From Octopus vulgaris (taxonomy: Eukaryota), in NCBI GenBank assembly GCA_951406725.2, contig OX597830.1, positions 61,380,001-61,444,000 on the forward strand: DNA of 64,000 nucleotides. Reading direction: 5' to 3'. Under the pieces are notes generated by a model. The model had not been told where the DNA came from, ran no database searches, and saw only the letters and a program-made list of their open reading frames with translations. This document shows positions 45,553 to 60,315 of the stretch, in pieces (position 1 is the stretch's first letter; each line of letters starts with the position of its first letter). Position numbers and translations under genes: made by a program.

Positions 45553-45676
45553 CGACAGTGATGATGATAATGATGATGACGATGATGATGAAGACGACAG
45601 TGATGATGATGATGATGATGCTGCTAATGATATTGATACTGATTGCCACAAGGATATATTATTAATATTATTCTCG

Positions 45677-45708
<32 letters not shown>

Positions 45709-45755
45709 CATCATCATCATCATCATCGTCATTATTATCATCATCGTCATCGTCG

Positions 45756-45787
<32 letters not shown>

Positions 45788-45812
45788 GTCGTCGTCATCA
45801 TCATTATTATTA

Positions 45813-45872
<60 letters not shown>
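45373..45872. repeat. Compound (GAT/GAC)n then (TAT/CAT/CGT)n microsatellite
   Basis: Directly visible; source of the poly-M/D/I/H ORFs. Confidence 0.97.
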
Positions 45873-45874
<2 letters not shown>

Positions 45875-46644
45875 AACACTAACATCAACAATAATAACAT
45901 TGGAGACGTTTCATTTATATGGATAAAGAATGTTCTTATCTGGAAGTTGGTCGACCCCAATTCTGCTCGGGATGAAATGAGTACAATTAGGGCTCAGATT
46001 ACTGGGGAGCAAATATCTTAAACAGGCATTGTTTTTACAAAACCCCTCTCTCCCTCTATTAATAACATAGATTGTATGCGACTGTGTCTGGTTAGCAGTG
46101 AACTCATATCGAAGGCAACGCATGAATGCACGGTAACATGACGAGAGTTGGATGTTATCAAGGAACCTCTGTCGTTTTTTACAGTTGGGTAAACTTATAG
46201 AGTTTAACCCTGTATCTCCAACTCTTCTCATTCCGTCGAATATTCAGCATGAAGCTGCAGTTGTAGATTAACTCATTGAATGTTGTAAATCGCATATAAG
46301 GAACAAGTGCAAAGAAATATGTATAGACGTCTAAGTACGCAGCCATTCGTCTGTCATTCCGCTCGCGCCCGTATCTGTCTATTACATTTATATTCATATA
46401 CACATAGAAATGATGTATGCTCAAGTAAATGTACGTCTTTCGTCACTTAAATGCATTTGTTTACAACTATATATGAAATATATACATAATACACACACGC
46501 ATACACACATAAGTGACAGTGAGAGTTGTGTGTGTGAGAGAGAGAGAGAGAGGGAGAGAAAGAAAGTAGCAATGAAATATATATAAGCACACATACATAT
46601 ATGTGTATCATATTGTCTATAATATATACAAATATGTATTATAC

Positions 46645-46742
<98 letters not shown>

Positions 46743-46827
46743 CAATTTAATAAATAAAGCATATGCATACATATATACATACATGTACATACCTACATCT
46801 ATATGTATATATACATGCATATATGAG

Positions 46828-47160
46828 TACAGGACACCACAAATAAACGTAGAACACAACGAGAAACGAAAACGTAAAATCAAACAAGGAAACGAACATT
46901 TTTTAACAACGAAAAAACAGAGTACAAGACAAACAACACAAGGAACATTCCCCTTCATCATCTGTCCCTGTTTCGACTCAATGCGTGTTTCGAAGGTAAG
47001 GGCAGAACACGATCCGGCCGAAGCAACCCTTCCTGCAAAATGAATTAAATAAAATTCTTTTGCAGAGAGGTAAAAAAAGGGACAAGAACAGGACGTAAAA
47101 GCAATACAAATGAAGAAAAAAACAGCACAAATAAAGAATAAAAACAGGACAAGGAAACCA
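46828..47160. mobile_element. Two-hairpin repeat (copy 3)
   Basis: tacaggac...cccttcatca-tctgtccct...gtttcga...agggcaga...ctgcaaaa-tgaattaaataaaattc-ttttgcag. Confidence 0.7.
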
Positions 47161-47478
47161 ACATATATATATATAAGGCAAATACGAATACGGAGAGGAT
47201 ATGCAATCGACATACACCAGCCAGTAAAACATTCAATTATATCTATTTATTAATTGATTACAAACATGTGTGATACAAATAAACGAATGAAATAAGCCAA
47301 TAAAAACGTATATATATATATATAAATGAATAACAAGAATAGTAATAATATGGCTGATGTTTGTCGATTGTATATTCTCTCCATTTTCTTATTTGCCTTA
47401 TAAATCCTGGGTAAATTAGAAATTTACCCAGGATATTTAATATCCCTTAGATGGTTTGTTAACCTCTAACGCATACAA

Positions 47479-47556
<78 letters not shown>

Positions 47557-47557
47557 T

Positions 47558-47621
<64 letters not shown>

Positions 47622-47716
47622 TGTATATATATATATATATATATATATATAACATATATATATATATACATATATATATATATGTTTGTATATATATATA
47701 TATATATACACAAACG

Positions 47717-47763
<47 letters not shown>

Positions 47764-48177
47764 GCATACACACATATACATAAAGCAAATTTAAAATTTT
47801 TTTGTCGTATTATTTAATGCAACTTTTCTTTAAACGACTTATCTTCGTATCACATGCTAGATATAATTTTTATTTGCATATATAACACTCTAGTCAATGT
47901 GTACATCGATGGGCTAATGTGCAAATTTCTTGTCTGGTCCTTTGACATGCATAATCGCTAGTATCCTTTGTTTTTAGCAGAAAACCTTCCTGGATTATGT
48001 GTTATTTTATGTATATTTTATCAAGAAAATAGATGTGATGATCATTGGTGGAAGGTCTTTGATTATATCACAACAACCATGCATGCGATGCTGAATAACC
48101 AAGAGCGAAATTCTTTGCAATATCAGTACAAATTTAAAAAAAACGACAATGATAAACATAAGGTAAGAGTGAACTCT

Positions 48178-48302
48178 TGTGGTGGCGGTGGCGGTGGTGA
48201 TGGTGGCGGCGGCGGTGGTGATGATGCTGATGATAATGACAGTGGCACAAGTGGTTGTAGCCGCAGCGACAGCAAAGACGACGACGACAATAACGGTAGT
48301 AG

Positions 48303-48399
<97 letters not shown>

Positions 48400-48570
48400 A
48401 GCAGCTTTTAAGAAATAACTAATTTCTACACCGGATTGGTTTTCGAATTTCCAAGAGAAGGATATGAAAGTTACGCTGCGATCCAGTTGAAGCTTAATTC
48501 TGGCGAGTTGTAGCTATTAGAAAGCACGCTAAGGATATGAAGAGACTGCAGGAGTAAGAGATAGACAGAC

Positions 48571-48651
<81 letters not shown>

Positions 48652-48723
48652 AACACAAGACAAATAGAAAGAGAGATAGGGAGAGAGACAGACAGACAGA
48701 AGGAGACAAATGGATAGAGAGCT

Positions 48724-48756
<33 letters not shown>

Positions 48757-48897
48757 GAGACACAGAGAGACAGAGAAACAGAGAGGGAGAGAGAGATATA
48801 GAAAGAAAGACGGAGAGAGAGAGAAGGGGAGAAATAGGTGGACAGACAGAGACAGAAACAGTGAGAGGAGAGCAAGTGAGAGATAGACAGACGGGCA

Positions 48898-48950
<53 letters not shown>
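48178..48950. repeat. Low-complexity block: (GGT/GGC)n, (GAT)n, (GATA)n, (GA)n
   Basis: Directly visible. Confidence 0.95.
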
Positions 48951-48956
<6 letters not shown>

Positions 48957-49829
48957 CCCTTGTGAAAAGTTTGGGATGTTTCAGTGGTAATGTTTCCCAG
49001 TAGAAGGCAGCGAAGTTTAATCCAAGCCCGGGGGTGGCTGAGAGGAGGGAGGCGGGACGATGTGAGAGAAGTGGAAGTGGAAGTTTTGTTGAGATAAACT
49101 CAATGACAGCAATTGGTAGAAAATTATTTCTGAGGTCAGGTGGAGGAATACATATTAAATGTAATGGCACTAATACTGCCAGCACCAGCACCAGCGCCAC
49201 CAGCAGTACCACTACCACCACTAGCACCGCTACCACTACCACCACCACCACTACCACCACCACTACCACCACCACCACCTTCATCACTAATGTTAAATTA
49301 TTCATGTTCAAAAAAGAAATACGACCATTTAATGACAACTGAGATGTCTAGGACAACGGTGACAACGATGATAATGATGATGGCGACGATGACGACGATG
49401 TTGATGATGATGATGATGAGGAGGAGGAGGAGGAGGAAGAGGAGGTGGAGGAGAAAGGAAGAGAGTTAGCGATGACAATAAGGATTAGCATGATTGTGTT
49501 GTTAACAATGTTATTGATGATGTTCCTAAATGTTGCTAGAGATGCTGTTCCGTCCGACTGAAGGCGGTGGTGATGTAAATGATGGTGTTGATGATGATGA
49601 TAGTGTTGATGGTTATGTTGATAATGATGGTATTTATTCAAGTGATTGCATTGCTGTTTTGCGAAGGGTAATGAGTTGGCAAAAATGTTAAAAAGTCAGT
49701 CTAAACGTCTAAAGTATTTAGTGTCAGTCCTCTGTCTTCGTTTCCTAATCACGCCTTTACCACCGTTTATATTTTGCTGTCTATTCCATTACGTATATGC
49801 CTGGTATTAGTCATTATAATAACTCAACC

Positions 49830-50260
49830 GATTGGCAGAGAGTGAATGACAAGGCATACTTCACCCGTTAGCGCCCACAGACATGCCGTGACTTCTGCTT
49901 TTTCTACAGTGACTACAATAGCTTTTATAGTCTATGTATTATATAGCCACCGAACAAAAAAGCAGAGGAAACAACATGTCTTGGACTAATACCAGTTTCG
50001 GAGCTTCCTGAGCTCATACCATCTATACTCAGACATTCCCTACCCTCTTCTCTTCTCATCACCCAAGCCCTCCATTAACCACTATACCCATTCTTTCCTT
50101 TCTGGCCACAACTCAACCCTACGTGAATGTGTTTTCGCCAGATGTTGACTTGCAATTGTTCAAGAAGAACATCAACGCCATTAATCTCTCAACGGCCTCG
50201 AAAGGATTACGAGGGGCCATGGACATGTTCCTTTTACCAGACTAAACAAGAAAGAAAACA
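49830..50260 (+). pseudogene. 3' end of a CR1/L2-group LINE, decayed
   Basis: Fragments HRHAV, LLFYS, SELPELIP, HYTHSF and DLQLFKKNINAINL resemble the C-terminus of invertebrate CR1-group ORF2. Confidence 0.55.
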
Positions 50261-50894
50261 ATGAAAGAATAGATATAGGTTGAGTCACAACATACTATTA
50301 AACCGTGTAGATTCTATCGGGACGGCCAGAACCTTATTTCTTCTCAAATTGGGATCTGCAAATCTTTTTTTTTGTTTTAATGTTATTTAAACATATGCTG
50401 TTTTATCTCAAAATAACTGATCAGTCAGTAATAGTTGCTAACTTTGCTATTTTATCCAACTTAGTACGGATTCCCACATATTTTTATGTTTGCGATGAGA
50501 AATAATTTTCAATAATATGAAGCAACTAGGCACATGTTTGATAAAAACAGATGTTAGACATTTATATGGTACCAATATGAGCGTAGAAAAAACTATTGGT
50601 ACTCAATCGAATTTCGTCAGTAAGCCTGATGCTATTTTCTTTTTCCAAATTTGTATACAAATGTTTAACATAATTTATATGAAAAGAATTTTCGCAGTTA
50701 TTTCTCACCTCTATCATCCGTTATCAATTTCATGTTCTGGTAAAAAGAAATAGATAATTATGAAAGAGGAGAACAAATTCGAAATATATGAGTGCGGCTG
50801 ATAGTAAATGACCGTCTCTTAAAATATAGTAAATGCGCCATACACTAGAACAGTGGCTCCTAACCTGTGGTCTGCGGACTAAATTCAAAATTTC

Positions 50895-51060
50895 AGGCGC
50901 TGGAGTGGGTGTGTGGTAAGAAGTTTGCTTTCCACCCACATGATTCCAGGCTCAGTCTCACTGCGTGGTACCTTGGGCAAGTGTCTTCTACTATAGCCAC
51001 GGGCCAACCAAAGCCTTGTAAGAGGATTTGGTAGACGGAAACTGAAAGAAGTCCGTTGTA
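50895..51060 (+). mobile_element. Family-B SINE head
   Basis: gtgtgtggtaagaagtttgct...ggatttggtagacggaaactgaaagaag. Confidence 0.88.
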
Positions 51061-51120
51061 TGTATGTCTATATCTATATCTATAGCCATCTATCTCTCTA
51101 TCTCTCTATCTATCTATCTC

Positions 51121-51181
<61 letters not shown>

Positions 51182-51190
51182 ATTTATATA

Positions 51191-51765
51191 TATTTATAAG
51201 TTTGTTTATAAATTTAACCTTTAAAGGTATTTTTTAATATGCTGGCCATTGATAAAAATTTTTTTCGAAAAAAATTTTATCCTACATTAAATATAAATTT
51301 AATAGTGTTCACTTCCGGACTCTCTCACTCTGTGAGAGCCTCAGTTCAAATCGCACGTGTCTCGAATGGGCTGGAGTATTTCTATTTTGGATGTATTTGG
51401 GGTACTTAATTGTGCTCACGACTTAGTGTTTGCTTCTTCCATGGGTATGAGTAAGTATCTCATTTATTTATTTGGCACATGTATCACTGACGAAGGGAGG
51501 GTTCTTACGAACTAACCCTGAAATCGGTCCGATATGGTAATAATAGAAGTTTTTAGAGATTTCTGTCGACCTTTTTTTTGAGTAGCGTGCGTATTGTGAA
51601 AAATTATATGGTTATGGACAGGGTGTCTAATTTCGGCATATTTGGCATTAGAAATTTTTTCGTTTGCCCTTATTTATAAGTTTGTTTATAAATTTAACCT
51701 TTAATGGTATTTTTAATATGCTGGCCATATTTTTCGAAAACAAATTTTATCCTACATTAAATATA
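51191..51765 (+). mobile_element. Direct-repeat-bounded 480-bp unit containing a hammerhead ribozyme motif (PLE pLTR / retrozyme-like)
   Basis: ~100-bp direct repeats at 51191-51295 and 51671-51765; HHR motif at 51480-51536. Confidence 0.78.
51480..51536 (+). ncRNA. Minimal type I hammerhead ribozyme motif
   Basis: tgtatca-CTGACGA-aggg...ccct-GAA-ATCGGT-C-cgatatg. It has a canonical core, stem II aggg/ccct, a near-palindromic stem III, a GUC site, and stem I with one mismatch next to the core. Confidence 0.7.
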
Positions 51766-52239
51766 TATATATAAGGGTTGGGAACCATTGTTGGAAGCAA
51801 ACCCCTGTGAAAAGGTTGGGTACCATTGCACTAGAATATTGTTCTGTGTGTTAACGCATTCGTACACATCGTCTGATCACTGCACGACTAACGAGGAAAT
51901 TCATCGTCACTTATACCGCCTAACAATCTTTCTCTCTATGGATCTCTATTCTTCTGCAACTTCTGTAGTGTTTAACGTGGTATGTGGGTGAATTTGTGTA
52001 ATTTGAGATCTAAATATAATTTTGGGTGATATCATTGTGCTTCATTGATATTCTCTTTTCTGTACTGTTTTTATACCAAGATTTGATTAGACGCATTGAA
52101 ATTTCCAAATTAAGTGTTTGTAAAAATGGTACTATACAATATCGGGGACGGTTGAACAGTAAGCTTAATGCTTCTTCTGCGTATCGTTTGTAATACTTAC
52201 ATGTACTTTACGCACGTTATTCTTTCTCATAATATGATA

Positions 52240-52410
52240 ACAAGGCCGACTTGCCCTTGGGCTAAACCGATTAAATCGGTCCCTAGTACTGGTACTTTAT
52301 TTTATCGTACCATGCAAGGCATGAAAAACCAAGTCGATCTCGGGAGAATTTGAACTTAAAACGTGAATAACAGATTAATGTCACTTAGCGTTTCGCCCAG
52401 CTCGTCACTC
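52240..52410 (-). mobile_element. Meta-domain SINE, diverged
   Basis: ctggtactttattttatcg...atgaaaaaccaagtcgatctcgg..gaatttgaact. Confidence 0.7.
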
Positions 52411-53399
52411 TTAATATTTTCAGCAGATAAAATACGGAATATCGTATCATTTGTCCACTGCAGCTACATGAGGCCTCCAGTATGTAATCGGAAGTTCATT
52501 CTCGCCTTATTAGGATTTAATCTGGGATGATTTAAGGCGAATTTTTATCTGTTGAAGTTCCTGTTCTTAGGATTAGTTTGATATATGTGTTGACTTCCAT
52601 GGTTGTGTGGTGTTTATTGCTTTCTTTGGTTGTTGTTATATATTTTGTGGATGATGCGTTAGATTTTAGTTTGATGGAGACTTTTTGGCGTGATCATTTA
52701 CTCTTTTCCACAAGTTCCTTGTTAGATTTACACTGTTTGAAAATGATGTAAAGATGCCATATTAAGGCAGAAAGAAGCAACCTCGCTCCAGGCATAAAGT
52801 TTTGCTTCAGAGACTTATGCGTTCATGGAAAATAAAGCCCCAAATCCCCTCTCATCACATGCCAAACATCGACATGAAAAAAGGCTGATATAAAAACTTT
52901 CACCAAAAGATAGAATTCTACAATAAGAACGTCGTCACATGCAAGACCTGCACTTTAAAAAAGATAATTATTGGAGCATCAAAAGAAAGATCCTACAAGA
53001 CAGCGAAACTGTAATAGTCAAGTTAATATAACTAAGGGATACCCTCTCATCTAACACTCTAGTATAATACATGAAGACCACTCATAACAGGAGGGGGGGA
53101 TATCAAGGAACTAAATAAGAAATTTAAAAAAAAAGCAAAGGAAACTGACAAATGTTTTTTATCAAACATAAACCCCGAAATAAGCAGTAAAATGCTAAAG
53201 ACCAGCTACTTCATAATTCAATAACAATTTCAAGTAATATACTGAAATGAAATTAATGACCCTCATTATCAGACAAACTGATGATTGACAAACTCACACA
53301 CAAACACTCAAAATACAAGAGACACTCCCACACCGAAGACGATACTCGTGTTTTTCTTTATTTACGCACATAAAACAACAACTTGGTCCCACAAAATAC

Positions 53400-53760
53400 C
53401 TTTATGTACATCGAAGATACACAAAGGCCGGACGTAATTATTGCATGTCTCAATATCTCCAAGTATTCATGTCAATATTGTAATATCTCCAGAATTTTGA
53501 AACGAGGTAAAGTTGTAATAATTTATAACAAAATCTAACCGACACACCATCAACCAGACCCATTATTTTTTTTTACACATCCACATAATTGCTCCAAAGA
53601 TTCATCACTAACATATACCGTTGCCTTACTAACTCACAAACATCTCACAAACAGCATACGGTAAATTTGAGCAACACAAAGATCCCAGCTAACGCTTTTC
53701 TATTCACTAATCTTATCAGCTTAGAGCAACTGGAATATTAAAACATCATAAGAAAGAACC
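53400..53760 (+). pseudogene. Highly decayed LINE RT fragment (Jockey/I-like)
   Basis: P(EF)*KRGKVVIIY and RPI-like remnants; weak. Confidence 0.35.
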
Positions 53761-54903
53761 AAAGTGCTGACTAGCGAATATTGACGGACTCAACGACTTT
53801 TTTCTAATGAACCAGCCTGAAGAAGGGACCATCACAGACCATTAAAAGACCATCCAAGACTGATGAGGTCGGCTTGATTAGAAGCAAATACAAGCAGGAA
53901 AGAAATTCCAGAGAGGAACGAATGGTCACAGTGGACTACAGAGATGGAGAAAGAAGTATAAAAAGAGGGAATAAGTAATCCTATAGCAGACCTTTCTGCT
54001 TTAAGGAGTAAAGACCACGGTCTTACAGATAACAGAAGCAGAGGGCAGAGATAGTATGCGCGTGGTCTAGAGTTTTCGAGACCACATGCAACTTTATGCC
54101 AATCAGCAGGATAACACTTTTGAAATAAAACCAGGGATGTGTTGTCGCGTAAACAGCATCATCATCTCAGTTGTAGTATCAACAAATGTTTGCGCAGGGT
54201 CAGTAGATTTTAATAATAATGCATCTTTAATCTATAATTTTCCATGATCTGTCGACTCATTCACGAAGCATATACTCGATACCATACATATACAAGACTA
54301 CAATAGCTTGTATCGTTACAGGAATAGACTGGGTCACTAAACACTGAACAAATGCAAATCATGGATGTCGGATTTGCCAGTCATGGCTTATCGTATTTGC
54401 AGGAAAAGGGAAACAGGCTGTAACTTGGAAGTTTGATTTGTATGCGTTCGGCCGTCTACCCGACTACCTTAGAACTGATCAATTAGGACTGTCCGGCGGG
54501 TACAAAACAACAACAATAACAACTCTGAGTGTTACAACCGACAGAACAGTGTAGGGGTAGGGCGTGTCCCTTCCTCAATCGAGACGTTACATAGAAAACA
54601 AATGCACAACAGCAGCAATACTGTTCATTAAAGAAAGGCAGTTATTATGTTGTGACCGGCAATACATAGACTCTCTTCGCTGTGTCTAATACTTGAGGCT
54701 GCAGGTATACAGAAACAGACTAGAACGTTGACGAAATGCATTTTACTCCAATTCCAACTAAAAGTGATAAGACTCCACATACCAGTATGGCCTTCAACTC
54801 TATAAGAAAAAGTGATCTAGAGCACTGAGCTTGTCGATCACAGTCTGATATTTACATGGCATAAGCTGCTTGTTTAGCACCTTCGAAGATATCACTGCAA
54901 CGC

Positions 54904-54937
<34 letters not shown>

Positions 54938-55033
54938 TATCGGTAAGGGCTTTCTGTTTAAATCCCATACTCCTGATACATTCTGATACTGAACCACACT
55001 CTTAGGCAGTTTCCAGTTCATTTTTCAGTAAAA

Positions 55034-55109
55034 CGGGCTCCTCAGAGGTACTCGGGCTCCTCAGAAGTACTCGGGCTCCTCAGAAGTACTCGGGCTACTC
55101 AGAAGTACT
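55034..55109. repeat. 19-bp tandem repeat x4 (cgggctcctcagaagtact)
   Basis: Four adjacent units with two substitutions in total. Confidence 0.97.
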
Positions 55110-55124
55110 TGTTCCAACCTTTCT

Positions 55125-55535
55125 CTTTTACCCTTTTACTTTTACTTGTTTCAGTCATTTGACTGCGGCCATGCTGGAGCACCGCCTTTTATCGAGCAAC
55201 TCGACCCCGGGACTTATTCTTTTGTAAGCCCAGTACTTATTCTATCGGTCTCTTTTACCGAACCGCTAAGTAACGGGGACATAAATACACCAGCATCGGT
55301 TGTCAAGCAATGCTAGGGGGACAAACACAGACACACAAACACACACACGCATATATATATATACATATATACGACGGGCTTCTTTCAGTTTCCGTCTACC
55401 AAATCCACTCACAAGGCTTTGGTCGGCAACAGGCTATAGTAGAAGACACTTGCCCAAGGTGCCTTGCAGTGGGACTGAACCTGGAACCATGTGGCTGGTA
55501 AACAAGCTACTTACCACACAGCCACTCCTGCGCCT
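55125..55535 (-). mobile_element. Family-B SINE, full length
   Basis: Reverse complement of the 13.5-kb SINE. Confidence 0.92.
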
Positions 55536-55752
55536 GTTTATATTATGCAATCGCCAATTATTGACTTTCAATAAATCAAATAAAATGTTAAACGATTAAT
55601 TCCAAAAATCTCGAACACACCATTTCAGAGAGTTAAAAAAAAACCCCAAAAACATTGTAATCTCACCTCAGAGGGGGAAAATAATAAAATTCTGCATTGT
55701 CAGGACTTTTGTTGGTGAGAACGAAGTATAAACAGCGATTTTTGAACAGTAC

Positions 55753-55792
<40 letters not shown>

Positions 55793-56708
55793 TGAAAGAG
55801 AGAGCGATCTATACACAGTGTGTCCCTCCCTCATAAGAGTTGTTTCTGTTTCTTCGGGTGTCCTGCAACACGATTCATTGCCGCTCCCCTTTACATATAC
55901 TACACCGATCATGCAAACAAGTATTGTCCAGAAAATAGTTGTCTCCCAGCGAGTTTACACCGAGGCAGGCTTCCGGTTTGTTTGACATAAACAAAGATCA
56001 TTGCTCTTTATCTCTCTTCTTTGTCTCTCTCTCTCTCTCTTTTCCTCCCCTTGCACTCGGTTGTCATTCACTAATGGCAGCAAATCTTCGACATAGACAT
56101 CTCCCTTTTCCGTCGTCCTCCAGACATGAAGTAGTTTTGTAACCGTATTCCATTGTGTTCTCTTGACTCTAATTAGTTCAACAATTGTTACCACTTGCTG
56201 CTAACATTGTTTTGCGTATTCTAGCCCTGGCTATCCCTCTTACATTTTTCTTCTTATTCTTATTTCAATTTTTTTAGCTTCCATTCAAACTCTGCACTAG
56301 TTTCTTTTGTCAATTTTTCATCTTCCATTTCATCTCATTCATTATATCGACTTCTATTTTAGGATTTAACTCCGCATATTCACAAGTTCATTCGAGTACA
56401 TTAATGATTTGGTTTAGATGCATGTGTACTCTCTCTCTCTCTCTCTGCTTTGCACATGTGTATGTGTGCGGGCGCGCACGTGTTCGGGGTGTGTGTGTTT
56501 GTGTGTGTATATATGAGCGCTTGTTTAAGAATAATAAATTTGTACTATATACAAATATAGAGTAACCCATGAGATTAATGCAAAATTGTTTGTTGTAACT
56601 AAATATGAAAACATTGATACACACATACACACGCGCTCACACACAAATGTGTGTGTATATATTTATATATGTATATGTGTGTATGTGTGTGTGTGTGTGT
56701 GTGGTGTG

Positions 56709-58055
<1,347 letters not shown>

Positions 58056-58096
58056 ATATATATATATATATATATATAAGCACATATATATGTATG

Positions 58097-58128
<32 letters not shown>

Positions 58129-58137
58129 ACTATCTTA

Positions 58138-58193
<56 letters not shown>

Positions 58194-58436
58194 CGTGTGT
58201 GTGTGTGTATATATATAAATATATATATGAATATGAGAAAGTTTGACTTCAGTTAGAACAGTTTTACTTTGGAGGGTTTCTTACATGTTAGTGTTAATAT
58301 TTGAAACGATCGTATGTATAGATTAAAATGCTATCAAACTTTTAACATCTCTTCTCCATTTGTAATTATTTGTTGACTTTATATAGGACTGTTTTCTATA
58401 AATGCTCATAATAACCTTATACTTATATATGTATAT

Positions 58437-58543
<107 letters not shown>

Positions 58544-58769
58544 AGATCAAGGCATTGAGATGTAGGAAGAAAGTTAGCTTCAAGAAATCGGTAGTAAGTA
58601 TAAAAAAACAACTTTCAGAGACAATAGTGGTTTATTGAGACGGAAGGTTGTAGATTTTTTTCGTATCGAACTGAAAAAAGTTTTTATATTTCGCGGTAGG
58701 CGACCAGGGTTGCCGGGTATGCGAATAAGAATACAAGAGTTAAAGAATGGAGTAGATAAGATCCGGGCT

Positions 58770-59092
58770 ACATATGTTTTATAGCTAACGGAAATTCGGA
58801 AGTGGTGAATTTCCAAGTGAGATATGTACCGCAGATAAGTACCAGTTACGTGAGATAAGTACCAGTTACGCACTGGGGTCGATGTAATCGACTTAATCCG
58901 TTTGTCTGTCCTTGTTTGTCCCCTCTGTGTTTAGCCCCATGTGGATAATAAAGAAACAGATATGTACCGCAGGCTTTGAGTTTCATCATTTCGGGGGTCG
59001 ATAAATTAAGTACCAGTTGCGTACTTGGGTCGACCTAATCGAGTGCCCCCCCTCCCAAAATTTTCGGGCCTTGTGCCTAGAGTAGAAAAGAA
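58770..59092 (+). mobile_element. Tail-B Meta-SINE with a nested 5'-truncated tail-A Meta-SINE (58835-58957)
   Basis: 15-bp direct repeat agatatgtaccgcag at 58820-58834 and 58958-58972. Confidence 0.82.
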
Positions 59093-59569
59093 TATTCAAT
59101 AGGACTATTTTGGCCGGATCACAGAAAATATTAAGGCGAGTGGTATTTGAAAAAAAAAAAATCGTGGAGAGAAGAGGGTGGAGGCAATATTTTTGGTCAA
59201 GTGGGAGAAAAAAGTGTGCATGAAGAAAGCAAGAGAGAATGAGGGTGGGAATCGTAGCAGATACTACTAGCTTAAGGGGCGTATATTGTGTGCAGCGAGC
59301 GTGTTTATAGTATGAAGTAGTAGAGGTAGGTGTATGTTGGCATATGTACTTATAAGTTTACAAGGAGGGGGTAGTAGGGGAGGCAAGTGAAATAAGAGAA
59401 AAAGTTTATAAATGGTAAGGAAAGATACAGAGAGAAGTATGTAAATGACAATAAGGATTTAAAGGGAAGATATATTGTTGGTTTTTATGTATAGTGGTAG
59501 TGAAGGTAAATAAAAAGGAAAATCTATGAAGGTTAGGGAGACAAAGAAGAGGAGTGAGGTTGCTGTTAT

Positions 59570-60190
59570 TCGTATTTTGAGAATAGATTTAGTGATCGAT
59601 GTTTGCAGGTAACAATTATACAGGTGCGTTCATTAAGACAATCGGTGGATTGCAAAATAGCTAAGACCTCGGCTATGCAAAGATCACACTTGTTATTATA
59701 ACTGCTGTATGGTTTGGCGTGGGTGACTATGGACAATTTGAGAGTGTAAGGAGTCGGATCAATCTTTAGTTAATTGATAAGCTGAGATTTTGTTTGGGAT
59801 TTGAAACTGGAGTAGTGGTTTCTCACGCTTAGCTTTGAAGGTGTGATCCGATATATATGTTGGCAGCGGATACGTACACTTGTAAACGATGTTTTTTGTG
59901 AGACAACGGTTATCTAAAGGACAAGGAGTTGGGCATCTGAAGCTGCATAGGTTTGTAGGGATATCCCGGATGAAATTTTGTGAGGGATTGTTATTTAGTG
60001 AACAACCGGTGTTAGGTTCGTTATTATTGCTTAGATTAGTCTTTGTTAGGGAGTTGAGGAAGTTGTGTGGATGTATAATAAAATAATTATCGTTCCCGGT
60101 GGTATCGTTTGTGTCGTTCTTTATTTTTAAGCTGATCCTATTTTGGAATCACTTTGAGGTAGACGAATCTGTGGAATACTCAACCATATT
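59570..60190 (-). pseudogene. Penelope-like element GIY-YIG endonuclease relic (second lineage)
   Basis: CSFRCPTPCPLDNRCLTKNIVYKC...TYIG...NHYSSFK...AKPY....KCDLCIAE...LNERT....CKH, with frameshifts. Confidence 0.8.
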
Positions 60191-60283
60191 AGTATGCTAA
60201 TTCAAATGGAAGATCCTTCGACTGATCGCAAAAATATACCCCAAAACACCGGGAAAGAATATTATATATACTTATGTGTGTGT

Positions 60284-60315
<32 letters not shown>

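Noticed and set aside
46179-46424. 81-aa minus-strand ORF in unique-looking sequence
   Set aside because: No recognisable motif and no convincing splice signals; cannot be supported without expression data.
53860-53895. ctgatgaggtc as a hammerhead core
   Set aside because: No stem II/GAAA arrangement follows; it lies in a probable decayed LINE fragment.
55034-55109. CRISPR-like array
   Set aside because: The repeats are contiguous with no spacers, there are no cas genes, and the context is eukaryotic.
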